Below are positions 1-9,821 of a stretch of 64,000 nt of DNA, piece after piece. The stretch is from NCBI GenBank assembly GCA_943371385.1, contig CALRUP020000005.1, forward strand, positions 1,365 to 65,364. Direction: 5' to 3'. The notes below the pieces were generated by a model. That model saw nothing but the letters and a program-made list of their open reading frames with translations. It was not told the DNA's origin and did not search any database. Every line of letters starts with the position of its first letter. Position 1 is the first letter of the stretch. Both the position numbers and the translations under genes were made by a program. This DNA comes from Paenacidovorax caeni (GTDB lineage: Bacteria; Cyanobacteriota; Cyanobacteriia; PCC-6307; Cyanobiaceae).

Positions 1-1
1 C

Positions 2-1078
<1,077 letters not shown>

Positions 1079-1104
1079 CTCTCCAGCGGGCTCCCCGCAT
1101 CGGC

Positions 1105-2982
1105 ATGCCGCGGTCGCTGTTGGAGAGCGTGAAGCGCACCCTGGTGGGGGATCCGCTGCCCACCAGCGCCCATGGGGAAGAACGGCTCAACAACGCCGAG
1201 GCCCTGGCGATCCTCAGCTCCGATGCCCTCTCCTCGGTGGCCTACGCCACCCAGGAGATCGTGCTGGTGCTGGGCGCGGCCGGCGCCGCGGCCCTGGGCT
1301 TCACCCTGCCGATCACCGGACTGATCGTGCTGTTGATGGTGGTGGTGGCGATCAGCTACCGCCAGACCATCAAGGCCTATCCCCAGGGGGGCGGTTCCTA
1401 CCGCGTCTCGATCGAAAACCTGGGCCCCCTGCCCGGTCTGGTGGCCGGAGCCTCGCTCTCGATCGACTACGTGCTCACCGTGGCGGTGAGTGTGGCGGCG
1501 GGCATCTCCGCCCTCACCTCCTACTTCCCCGTGCTGGAGGCCGAGCGGGTGCCGCTGTGCCTGCTCGCTGTCCTGCTGCTGATGGTGGCCAACCTCCGTG
1601 GCCTGCGCTCCAGCGCCCAGCTCATGAGCCTGCCCACCTACCTGTTCATGCTCACGATCTTCGTTCTGATCGTGGGCGGGCTGGTGAAGCTGGCCCAGGG
1701 TGAACTCGCCGCCCTTCCGGAAGCCGAGCAGAGCCTGAGGCTGGCCCAGGCCCATGGCAAGGAGACGATGGCCATGGGCAGCTTGCTGCTGATGCGGGCC
1801 TTCAGTTCAGGCTGCGCCGCCCTGACCGGGATCGAGGCGATCAGCGACAGCGTCATGGCCTTCCGTCCGGTGGAATGGCGCAACGCCCGGCGCGTGCTCA
1901 CGGTGATGGTGCTGCTGCTGGCCAGCATGTTCACCGGGATCAGTGCCCTGGCGCACCAACTGGGGGTCGTCTACCGGGAGAACGGGCCGACCCTGCTGTA
2001 TCAAATCGGCGAGGCGGTGTTCGGCAACGGCCCGCTGCTGTTTGTGCTGCAGCTGGCCACCCTGTTGATCCTGTTGCTGGCGGCCAACACCGCCTACGCC
2101 GATTTTCCCCGCCTGTCGGCCTTCCTGGCCCAGGACGGCTACATGCCCCGCCAGCTGGCCTCTTTGGGGGACCGGCTGGTGTTCAGCAACGGCATCTTGA
2201 TGCTCAGCGCCCTGGCGGGGGCGCTCGTGGTGATCTTCGGCGGCAGCGTCAGCCGGCTGATCCCCCTTTATGCGGTGGGGGTGTTCACCAGCTTCACCCT
2301 CTCCCAGGCCGGCATGGTGGTGCACTGGTGGAAGCAGAGAGGCCAGGGCTGGCGCAGCAAGGCCCTGATCAACGGCTTCGGCAGCCTCGTGACCGCGGTG
2401 GTCTCTGTGGTGCTGCTGTTCAGCAAGTTCACCCATGGGGCCTGGCTGGTGGTGGTGGCCGTGCCCCTTCTGGTGGGGTTGTTTCTGACGATCAAGGCCC
2501 ACTATCGCCAGGTGGCCAAGCGCCTACGGCTGGCGGCCGACGTGCAGCTGCACCTGCCCGATCCTCCCGCCGCCGGCGGGGCTCCGGTGGTGGTGCTGGT
2601 GGGCCAGCTGCACCGGGGCAGCTTCGAGGCGATTCGCTATGCCCGCAGCATCGCCGGAGAACTGGTGGCCGTGCATGTGGACCTGGGGCTGGGCAAGGCC
2701 GACGCCTTCCGGGAGCAATGGCAGCGCCAGCTGCCCCAGGTGCCGCTGGTGGTGCTGGAGTCGCCCTACCGCTCGCTGCAGGCGCCGGTGCTGCAGTTCG
2801 TGAACCAGTTCGAAATCGACCACCGCAAGGACCGCGACAAGTTCTGCACGGTGGTGCTGCCGGTGTTCGTCACCCGCCACCGCTGGGAGAACCTGCTGCA
2901 CAACCAGTCCACGGTTTCGCTGCGCAGCGCCCTGCGCCGCCAGGGCACCCGGGTGGTCACCACGGTGGGCTTCTATCTCTAG
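1105..2982 (+). CDS. kimA: APC-family K+/H+ symporter, KimA/YdaO-like
   Basis: N-terminus LVGDPL...ALAILSSDALSSVAYATQEI matches the recalled KimA signature (LSSDALSSVAY). About 12 TM segments plus a soluble C-terminal domain. Confidence 0.8.
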   Translation: MPRSLLESVKRTLVGDPLPTSAHGEERLNNAEALAILSSDALSSVAYATQEIVLVLGAAGAAALGFTLPITGLIVLLMVVVAISYRQTIKAYPQGGGSYRVSIENLGPLPGLVAGASLSIDYVLTVAVSVAAGISALTSYFPVLEAERVPLCLLAVLLLMVANLRGLRSSAQLMSLPTYLFMLTIFVLIVGGLVKLAQGELAALPEAEQSLRLAQAHGKETMAMGSLLLMRAFSSGCAALTGIEAISDSVMAFRPVEWRNARRVLTVMVLLLASMFTGISALAHQLGVVYRENGPTLLYQIGEAVFGNGPLLFVLQLATLLILLLAANTAYADFPRLSAFLAQDGYMPRQLASLGDRLVFSNGILMLSALAGALVVIFGGSVSRLIPLYAVGVFTSFTLSQAGMVVHWWKQRGQGWRSKALINGFGSLVTAVVSVVLLFSKFTHGAWLVVVAVPLLVGLFLTIKAHYRQVAKRLRLAADVQLHLPDPPAAGGAPVVVLVGQLHRGSFEAIRYARSIAGELVAVHVDLGLGKADAFREQWQRQLPQVPLVVLESPYRSLQAPVLQFVNQFEIDHRKDRDKFCTVVLPVFVTRHRWENLLHNQSTVSLRSALRRQGTRVVTTVGFYL

Positions 2983-3087
2983 TGCCTTCCCAGCACAGGG
3001 CCTGCGCTGCCTGCTGGCCTGCGCCACCTGTGGGCCTTCGGGTCTGCGGGCCTGCCCCACGCCACCATCGCTTCGGCCTGAGACATG

Positions 3088-3116
3088 AAAAAAGGAGCGG
3101 TGCCAGGCACCGCTCC
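3088..3116 (-). terminator. Intrinsic terminator downstream of the outer-membrane protein gene
   Basis: Inverted repeat GGAGCGGTG/CACCGCTCC followed by T6 on the minus strand, about 40 bp after the stop at 3158. Confidence 0.8.
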
Positions 3117-3157
3117 AGAAAGCAATTCCCTCGGCCCCGTGGGACCTGGGGCTGGCT

Positions 3158-3961
3158 TCACCAGAGGCCGCGGATCGGCTGGGGTGCGGGAGCCACGTAG
3201 GGCTCGGGCTGGGGAGCCGGGGCCACGTAGGGGGCGGGAGCGGGTTCGGGCTGAACGGCCACCGGAGCCGACGGGGCACCACCGAAGCGGAAGCGGGCAC
3301 CGAGTTTGGCGCCCCAGTTGTTGGTGGAGCCGTAGTCGACGTTGGATCCTTGGAAGCTCGTGGCGCCCTGGTACACGCCTTCGAGGAACACATCGGTGCT
3401 GCGGCTGGCGGCGTAGCTCACACCCACCTTGGCCTGATACCCGAACAGACCTTGGTTGTCACTGCCGGTGCGGCCCAGCGGGGTGCTGATGCTGGGGGTG
3501 CTGAGGTTGGTGTAGCCGATGCCGCCGCCGATGTAGGGGGTCCAACGGCTGTTGGTGTTGATGTCCCAGTAGGCGCTGGCGAGCACATCGTTCTTGTTGA
3601 CGACACCCGAGGTGCTGGCGCTGCCGAAGCCATCCACGCTGATCCGATTGACGCTGCTGCGGCTGTAGCCGTAGGTGAGCTCGGTGCGGATGGCGCCGAA
3701 GTCGTAGCCGATGCCGGCCTCGCCGGAGAAGCCACCACCCTGTTGGATGTTGCCACCCAGTGGGAAGTTACGGGCATCCCAGCTGAGGTCCTGGGGCCAG
3801 CTGGCGCCGAGGCCCACGGTGGCGTACCAGCCGGTGACGCTCGAATAGGACGCGGGGGTGGTGCCCCATTCCTGGGCGCTGGCGGGCTGGGAGGCGAGGG
3901 TGCCGCCGATCAGGACGCCACCGACACCGAGCAGAAGCAGGGATTGAAGAGAGGTACGCAT
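3158..3961 (-). CDS. Outer-membrane beta-barrel protein (OmpA-TM/opacity-like) with a Pro-rich C-terminal tail
   Basis: Signal peptide, alternating beta-strand patterns (GIGYDF, WTPYIGGGIGY, GYQAKVGVSY, GARFRF), and a tail ending PIRGLW. Confidence 0.8.
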   Translation of the reverse strand: MRTSLQSLLLLGVGGVLIGGTLASQPASAQEWGTTPASYSSVTGWYATVGLGASWPQDLSWDARNFPLGGNIQQGGGFSGEAGIGYDFGAIRTELTYGYSRSSVNRISVDGFGSASTSGVVNKNDVLASAYWDINTNSRWTPYIGGGIGYTNLSTPSISTPLGRTGSDNQGLFGYQAKVGVSYAASRSTDVFLEGVYQGATSFQGSNVDYGSTNNWGAKLGARFRFGGAPSAPVAVQPEPAPAPYVAPAPQPEPYVAPAPQPIRGLW

Positions 3962-4134
3962 GGAAAAGTCCAGAACGGTTCTGACTTTTTTCTAAAGAGC
4001 TCCTCAAACCCTGGACAGGATCACAGTGTCAATGGTAACGCTGTCACATTCACTACATAAAACGGTTGGTTTCGATCCCTTTCGCCCCACGGAAGCGCTC
4101 CTACAACGAGTTCAGAGCACTGGAGGCCCAAGCC

Positions 4135-4386
4135 ATGTTTCTCAAACTGAACCAGGACGACAGCCTGGTGGAGCTGCTCGAGCCCGCCCAGCTCTGGGAC
4201 CCGTTCATCCATGTGCTGCAGGGTCGCCTGCATGCGGGAGAGGAACTTCAAGATCCCCAGGACTTCGCCAAATCCGACCTGCGCTTCCTTTCGGATGAGC
4301 CCCTGCCCCGCTGCTGGCTCGACCCAGCTTTTCACGCGGCCCTGGGCAAGAAGCTGGTCAGGCCAGCGGGCCTGGGCACGGCCTGA
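4135..4386 (+). CDS. Conserved small cyanobacterial protein (often labelled acetyltransferase; function unknown)
   Basis: MFLK...DP...GRLHAGEELQDPQ.F.K.DL.F.S.EPLPRCWLDP pattern recalled from picocyanobacteria. Confidence 0.6.
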   Translation: MFLKLNQDDSLVELLEPAQLWDPFIHVLQGRLHAGEELQDPQDFAKSDLRFLSDEPLPRCWLDPAFHAALGKKLVRPAGLGTA

Positions 4387-4416
4387 TCCCAGGCGGACCA
4401 CAAAGCCTGAAGCCGT

Positions 4417-5808
4417 TCAGACCAGGCGCGAGCCAGTGGCCTGCAGCCGTTGCCCGGGATCGAACACCGCCGCGATCGTGCGGATCAGCCAGCGGCCCCC
4501 GGTGGTGACCTCCACCCGGCCCAGGGCGCCTTGGTGCTCCAGTCGCACCAGTCCGTCGTCCTCAAGGACCTGAAGGTCCTGCCATTCAACGGCGAAGCGC
4601 TCCAGGTCGAGATCCACCTGAAAGTGGCACATCACCTCCTTGATCAAGGCGCGGCGCTCCAACACGGCAGGATCATTCACCACCAGGCCGCGCTCCACCG
4701 GCAACCGGCCCTGCTCAAGCTCCCGGTAGTAGGCCTTGAGGTCGCGCTGGTTCTGGCTGAACAGCTGGGGGAACTGGCTGATCGCCGTCGGGCCGATTCC
4801 GAGCAGGTCAAGCTCACCACCGGTGGTGTAACCCTGGAAGTTGCGGTGCAGCCGCTGCTCTCTGGCCGCCACCGCCAGGCTGTCATCGGAAAGGGCGTAG
4901 TGGTCCATGCCGATGGCGTCGTAGCCACAGGCGGTGAGCCGCCGGTTGGCGTCGTCGAGCATCGCCAGGCGCTCCCACTGGCTGGGCAGATCCTCAGCGG
5001 CGATCCTGCGCTGCAGGGGCAACTGCTGGGGCAGGTAGGCGAAGGAGAACAGGGAGATGCGATCAGGCCTGAGCTCCTGCACCAGATCCAGGGTGGAGCG
5101 GAAGCGCTCGGGGGTCTGCAGGGGCAAGCCGCAGATCAGATCCACGTTCACACTCTCGAAGCCCGCCTCACGCAGCCAATGCATCGATCGGCGCAGCTGG
5201 TCCACGGCGACCACCCGGTTCACCGCCTGCTGCACCTCGGGATTGGCATCCTGGATGCCGAAGCTGATGCGGTTGAAACCAAGCGCACGCAGATGCCGGG
5301 CTGCCGCCTCGCTGAGGAATTCCGGGTTGACCTCGATCGAGGCCTCCAGCTCAGCGTCCAGATCGAAGTGCCTGGCGATCAGATCCCAGAGGATCGTCTG
5401 CTCCTCAGCGTTGAGGTAGTTGGGGGTGCCGCCGCCCCAGTGGAGCTGGGCCAGGCGCCGGCGCTGGGGCATGGCCGCGGAAATCAGCTCCAGCTCCTTG
5501 GCCAGGGCCGCCAGATAGGGACCCACCACCTTGGAACCCAGTTGGGTGGTGATCCGGTTGCAGCCGCAATACCAGCAGGCATGGCGGCAGAAGGGCACAT
5601 GCACATAGAGCGAGAGGGGATCGGAGCTGGGCTGGGCCAGCTGGGCCGCCAGATCGCCGGAGCCCACCTCCGGTGTGAAAGCGGCGGCGGTGGGGTAGCT
5701 GGTGTAACGCGGTACGGGCCGGTCGTACTTGAGCAGCAGATCCAGCGGTGTGGTTCCTGCAGAAGTGCTGGGGGCCGTGACGGGCGCGGCGTTGAGCGTG
5801 GCGGACAT
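4417..5808 (-). CDS. hemN: Oxygen-independent coproporphyrinogen III oxidase
   Basis: PRYTSYPTA, radical-SAM CxxxCxxC (HVPFCRHACWYCGCN), HWGGGTP, GMDHY and RNFQGY. Start taken at MSATL, not at the ORF-track start. Confidence 0.93.
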   Translation of the reverse strand: MSATLNAAPVTAPSTSAGTTPLDLLLKYDRPVPRYTSYPTAAAFTPEVGSGDLAAQLAQPSSDPLSLYVHVPFCRHACWYCGCNRITTQLGSKVVGPYLAALAKELELISAAMPQRRRLAQLHWGGGTPNYLNAEEQTILWDLIARHFDLDAELEASIEVNPEFLSEAAARHLRALGFNRISFGIQDANPEVQQAVNRVVAVDQLRRSMHWLREAGFESVNVDLICGLPLQTPERFRSTLDLVQELRPDRISLFSFAYLPQQLPLQRRIAAEDLPSQWERLAMLDDANRRLTACGYDAIGMDHYALSDDSLAVAAREQRLHRNFQGYTTGGELDLLGIGPTAISQFPQLFSQNQRDLKAYYRELEQGRLPVERGLVVNDPAVLERRALIKEVMCHFQVDLDLERFAVEWQDLQVLEDDGLVRLEHQGALGRVEVTTGGRWLIRTIAAVFDPGQRLQATGSRLV

Positions 5809-5869
5809 GGGAAACGGACGGGGTTGGGCTGAGACAGGGGGATGGGAAAAAGCCGCATCGGCGGCCGAT

Positions 5870-6571
5870 TCAGCCGACCGGCGTGGGCTCCAGTTCCGCC
5901 AGTTCTGCCAGCAGGGCCTGGGTGGCCAGGAAAGCGGTCTCGGCCTCCTCGAGCAGTTCGGCCTCCTCGGCCTCGCTGAGTTCCAACTGCTCATAGGCGT
6001 CGTGGAAGGCGCCCTTGAGTTCGGCCACGGGCCGCTCGAAGCGCCAGAACTGCAGGGGGCTCAGGCCGTGGTCCACCAGGATGCCGTTGGCCTGCTCCGC
6101 CAGCTGCTGCCCGCCGGAGAGATCGCCGCCGTAGCGCACATACACATGGGCCAAAAAGCGGTGGGGGGCCTCCTGGGCCAAGGTGGCGAGTCGCTCCAGC
6201 CAGCCTCGGGCGGCAGCCGAAGCGGGTGTGGCGGGAAGGGAGGCCAAGGCCTTCTGGTCGGCTTCCAGGGCGGCGCCCCGGCGCAGCGCCTTCCAGGGCA
6301 GATCGGTGGCCCCAAGGGCGCAGGCCAGATCAGGGCCCCGCTCCTCGATCAGGGCATAGGCGGGAGCCAGGGTGCGGATCAGCGCCGCCAGCTGAAGTGG
6401 CGACACCTGGCCCTCCAGCAGCGCTCGGGAGAAGACCATGCTCTCCGTCTTGCGGTGGGCGGCGCCGATGCGGGCGTGGAGCTTGCGCACCCGGGGGCCG
6501 AACCCCTTGCGCGCAACGGCATCAGCGCCGTGGGCATGGCTGGAGATCGCTTCGGGGATGCTGGTTGTCAT
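5870..6571 (-). CDS. Heme oxygenase (biliverdin-producing, Ho2-like)
   Basis: Proximal His in AHRKTE, AHVYVRYGGDLSGGQ distal helix and EEAETAF. Directly upstream of hemN. Confidence 0.85.
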   Translation of the reverse strand: MTTSIPEAISSHAHGADAVARKGFGPRVRKLHARIGAAHRKTESMVFSRALLEGQVSPLQLAALIRTLAPAYALIEERGPDLACALGATDLPWKALRRGAALEADQKALASLPATPASAAARGWLERLATLAQEAPHRFLAHVYVRYGGDLSGGQQLAEQANGILVDHGLSPLQFWRFERPVAELKGAFHDAYEQLELSEAEEAELLEEAETAFLATQALLAELAELEPTPVG

Positions 6572-6621
6572 GGCGAACCGTGCCGATAGGTGAAGGAGGA
6601 GCCCTGCTAACTCATCCTGGC

Positions 6622-6643
6622 CAACGTTATAACACTATCGTTG
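6622..6643. promoter_or_regulatory. Putative operator (CAACG-N12-CGTTG) between ho and the ycf54-like gene
   Basis: AT-rich quasi-palindrome that shares three pentamers with 10314-10333. Confidence 0.4.
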
Positions 6644-6686
6644 TTTCGCTGTCACGACGTTGCCAAACGACGCAACGCCATCCCCC

Positions 6687-7055
6687 ATGGTTTCCCATCC
6701 CTTTGCCCCTGCCCCGCTCGGCTGCCAGGAACTCCATCTGTTGCTGGCCCCCCTGGGCCAGCTGAGCGGCGATGGCCAGCTGCTGGAACTGTTCAAGGAG
6801 CGAGGCGACCACCCGGGGCTCAGCCAGCTCTGGTACCTCACACCCAGCGCCATCGCCAACGCCGGTCTGGAGAGTGGTGAGCCGTTGCAGGAGGGGGTCG
6901 CCTGCGACGATGCTGGCGTGATCACCTGGCTGCAACTGCGCTTCGGGGGCACCCAGCGCACGTTTGTTCCCACAGCTCGTCAGCTGGAACGCTGGGCCAG
7001 CCATCGGCCAGCGGCGGCCCCAAGCGTCCCCCTGGAGGTCGCGGCCATCGGCTGA
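6687..7055 (+). CDS. Divergent Ycf54-like protein (AcsF cyclase auxiliary subunit family)
   Basis: LLELFKER and ITWLQLRF resemble Ycf54 LEEVLKER and ITWLKLRL. About 120 aa, inside the acsF/ho/hemN cluster. Confidence 0.55.
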   Translation: MVSHPFAPAPLGCQELHLLLAPLGQLSGDGQLLELFKERGDHPGLSQLWYLTPSAIANAGLESGEPLQEGVACDDAGVITWLQLRFGGTQRTFVPTARQLERWASHRPAAAPSVPLEVAAIG

Positions 7056-7189
7056 TCGAGCCAGACCAACCCTGCGTCTGGCCACCGGCGAGATAGCGGC
7101 CGCCGCTTCAGCAGGGCGACTGGGTCAGGGCACGACCGGCCGCTCGGGCCAGGGGCAGCGGAGCGGACGGATCCCAAGGCTGCCAGTGG

Positions 7190-7918
7190 CTACTGGTTCA
7201 GCATCAGGGGCTGAGTTGCGATCGGATGGTTCATCGCCGAGCGGGCGCCATTCCAACGGCCGGATTCGGCCATTTCGAGGCAATCATCGAACCAGGGACC
7301 GCCGAGTGTGTAGTGCAGCAGCTTCGGCTCACGCGGCAACGTCTGAACCCCTACGAGCACGTTCCACTCGGGTGGCAGTTCACCGATGGCCCCATCGGCC
7401 AGCCAGCGAAACTGGTGGAGCTCCAGCCCGGTTGCGCTATTGACGAAGTCCGGGGTGAGGGCGGTGCAGCGGGAGCCGTTGAACAACATCACCGACGACC
7501 AGTTCTTGCGCGCATAGGGGGTCTGCGGCATGCCCTGGAACTTGACCCCCTCAGCGCAGTCATGCTGATGCTTCACCACCTGAACCGCGTAGCGCTCATC
7601 TCGCAGGGCCCACAGTTCGGCCACATCGCCGAGGCAAAGCATGTCCGCGTCGATGAACAACGACCAACCCTGGAAACCACTCAGCCAGGGCACCAGGAAG
7701 CGGCTGAACGAAAAGGCCGTGCTCTGTTTGCTGTGGTGGGGCCGCCCGTACACCCCGAGGAGTTGCTCCAGGCGCACCTGGCCGATCAGCACCGGCACCG
7801 ATGACGTCGCCTGAATCGAGTCGGCAAGAACGTTCACCGCCACCCGTTCCCGAGGGTCATAGCCAATGAACACGCGGGGGATGTCGGCTCTCGAGGCAGC
7901 CCCATGGGATTCGGTCAT
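7190..7918 (-). CDS. GT-A fold glycosyltransferase (CDI/GT8-like)
   Basis: FIGYDPRE, FSFSRFLVP, DADM (DxD), RKNWSSVMLFN and HYTLGGPWF. ATGA overlap with the desaturase stop. Confidence 0.75.
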   Translation of the reverse strand: MTESHGAASRADIPRVFIGYDPRERVAVNVLADSIQATSSVPVLIGQVRLEQLLGVYGRPHHSKQSTAFSFSRFLVPWLSGFQGWSLFIDADMLCLGDVAELWALRDERYAVQVVKHQHDCAEGVKFQGMPQTPYARKNWSSVMLFNGSRCTALTPDFVNSATGLELHQFRWLADGAIGELPPEWNVLVGVQTLPREPKLLHYTLGGPWFDDCLEMAESGRWNGARSAMNHPIATQPLMLNQ

Positions 7919-8805
7919 GGTGAAAGCTGGCGAAGAAACGACGGCTGAAGAATGGGGGCCAAGCGGACGTGGCGCGCCAGGCCAAGGCGACGCAGGGCGG
8001 CGATGTGCCACCAGGTGGGATCCAGTTCCCACCAACGAAATCCCATGCGGGCGCTGCTGGGAAAGGCATGGTGGTTGTTATGCCAACCCTCGCCGAAGGT
8101 GACCAGGGCCACCCAGCCGTTGTTGCGGGAGTGGTCACCGCTCGGGTAGCTGACGTACCCCCAGCGGTGGGTGGCCGAATTCACCAGCCAGGTGAAGTGG
8201 TAGACGATCACCAGACGCAGGGGGATCCCCCAGAGCACCAGGGCCAGCCCACCGGCGCCCGTGACCGAGCCCAGCCACCACAGGAAGGCGGCCAAGGGGA
8301 TCTGCAGCAGAAGGAAGTTGCGATCAAGCCAGCGGTAGTAGCGGTTGGGCTGGAGATCGGGGGTGAGCCGCGCTATGTGGGCCTTGGCCGGCACCTCCTT
8401 GAGCATCCAGCCGAAGTGGCTCCACCAGAAGCCCAGATGGCTGTTGTGGTGGTCAGCCGGGTCATCGGAGTGGAGGTGGTGGTGGCGGTGCAGGCCCGCC
8501 CATGCCAGCGGACCGTGTTGGCAACTCAAGCTGCCGCAGGTGACGATCAGTACCTCCAACAACGGCGACACCCGAAAGGAGCGGTGGGCGAGCAGCCGGT
8601 GATAACCGAGGGTCACCCCGATGCAGGCGGTAAGCCAATAGAGCACCAGCAACACAACCAGCGCCAGCGGGCTCCAGAAACGCGGCAACAGCGCCACCAG
8701 GGCCAGCAGATGAAGCACCAGCATGAAGCCCACCGTGGCCCAGCTGGTGCGCAGACGCGCGGGCACCACCGGCTCAATCCTCAGGGGCGCGAATCCGACA
8801 CTCAT
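7915..8805 (-). CDS. Membrane acyl-lipid (delta-9-like) desaturase, DesC/DesF-type
   Basis: His boxes HRLLAH, HRHHH and HNNHH; GFWWSHFGW; GEGW. ATGA overlap with the acsF stop. Confidence 0.9.
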   Translation of the reverse strand: MSVGFAPLRIEPVVPARLRTSWATVGFMLVLHLLALVALLPRFWSPLALVVLLVLYWLTACIGVTLGYHRLLAHRSFRVSPLLEVLIVTCGSLSCQHGPLAWAGLHRHHHLHSDDPADHHNSHLGFWWSHFGWMLKEVPAKAHIARLTPDLQPNRYYRWLDRNFLLLQIPLAAFLWWLGSVTGAGGLALVLWGIPLRLVIVYHFTWLVNSATHRWGYVSYPSGDHSRNNGWVALVTFGEGWHNNHHAFPSSARMGFRWWELDPTWWHIAALRRLGLARHVRLAPILQPSFLRQLSP

Positions 8806-9821
8806 GCGGCCTCCGCGATCACCATCGGCTGGAGAAACTGCCAGGCCATCAGGCCTGCCAGGCGCAGCTTGCGGCCGAGCTGCTGCAGGGGCTTCAGCAG
8901 GCTTGCCGGCTGCTGCTTGGCCGCCTTGATCTCAAGAAACGACGCCACGATCTGGTCGCGGAGCCGGAAGTAGTCACCTGAATCCAGGTTGAACACCCAG
9001 GGGAAGGCCCGGCGGGCGGTGCGGTTGGTCTGCCGCATCACCTCGGCATCGAAGCGGCTGGCCTCCATGCCCAGCAGTTCATAGAAGTCATGCCGCTCGG
9101 CCACGGTGAGGCTGTGGGTGAGAAACACCGACCACAGAAAGAAACGGCTGAGCAGCTTGCCCTTGATGCCCCGTCGCAGGCTGGGCCAGCAGCGAATCAG
9201 CATGTTGAAGATGTCGCCATGGCGGTTTTCGTCCTGGCACCAGGGCTCGAAGAAATCGAACAGGGGAGCGACGTGGTGATCGGGGTGGGCCTTGAGGTGG
9301 CGATCAATCAGGATGTAGCGCCAGTAGCCGATCTTCTCCGAGAGGAAGACGGAATACAGCACCCAGTCGAGGGGGAACCAGGTGATCGGGCGGCGGGTGC
9401 TGAGGCTGGGCAGATCCAGCTGGATGCCCTCGGCCACCAGGGCGCGGTTGAGGAAACCAGCGTGGCGGGCTTCATCACGGGCCATCAGCTGGAACAGGCG
9501 GCCCAGCTCGGTGCGACCCTCCTGGAAGAGCCGACGGGAGAGCTCCTTGAACAGCAGAAAGCCTGAGAACTCCGACACGCAGGAGCGCACCAGGTAGCTC
9601 TCATAGGCGTCCTTCTCCCCGGGAGAGAGGTCGCACAGGCGATCAAGGGGAACACGGCGATCGAAGTGATCGCGGTTGTAGTCGGCCTCCATCTCGGCGA
9701 GCATCGCCTCGAAGGCCGGCCTCTGGGGCTCCACATCGGTGCGAGCCGCCTTCTCGATTTCGGTGGTGTAGAAGCGCGGGGTGAGCAGATTTTCGCGCAG
9801 GTGGGGAGCGGAGGTGGTCAT
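8802..9821 (-). CDS. acsF: Mg-protoporphyrin IX monomethyl ester (oxidative) cyclase
   Basis: ENLLTPRFYTT, SEFSGFLLFKE, DEARHAG, SEKIGYWRYI and QDENRHGD diiron motifs. Confidence 0.93.
   Translation of the reverse strand: MTTSAPHLRENLLTPRFYTTEIEKAARTDVEPQRPAFEAMLAEMEADYNRDHFDRRVPLDRLCDLSPGEKDAYESYLVRSCVSEFSGFLLFKELSRRLFQEGRTELGRLFQLMARDEARHAGFLNRALVAEGIQLDLPSLSTRRPITWFPLDWVLYSVFLSEKIGYWRYILIDRHLKAHPDHHVAPLFDFFEPWCQDENRHGDIFNMLIRCWPSLRRGIKGKLLSRFFLWSVFLTHSLTVAERHDFYELLGMEASRFDAEVMRQTNRTARRAFPWVFNLDSGDYFRLRDQIVASFLEIKAAKQQPASLLKPLQQLGRKLRLAGLMAWQFLQPMVIAEAA

Noticed and set aside
5808-5994. N-terminal extension of hemN in the ORF track
   Set aside because: It overlaps the heme oxygenase 3' end in another frame and is low complexity. 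MSATL is the more plausible start.
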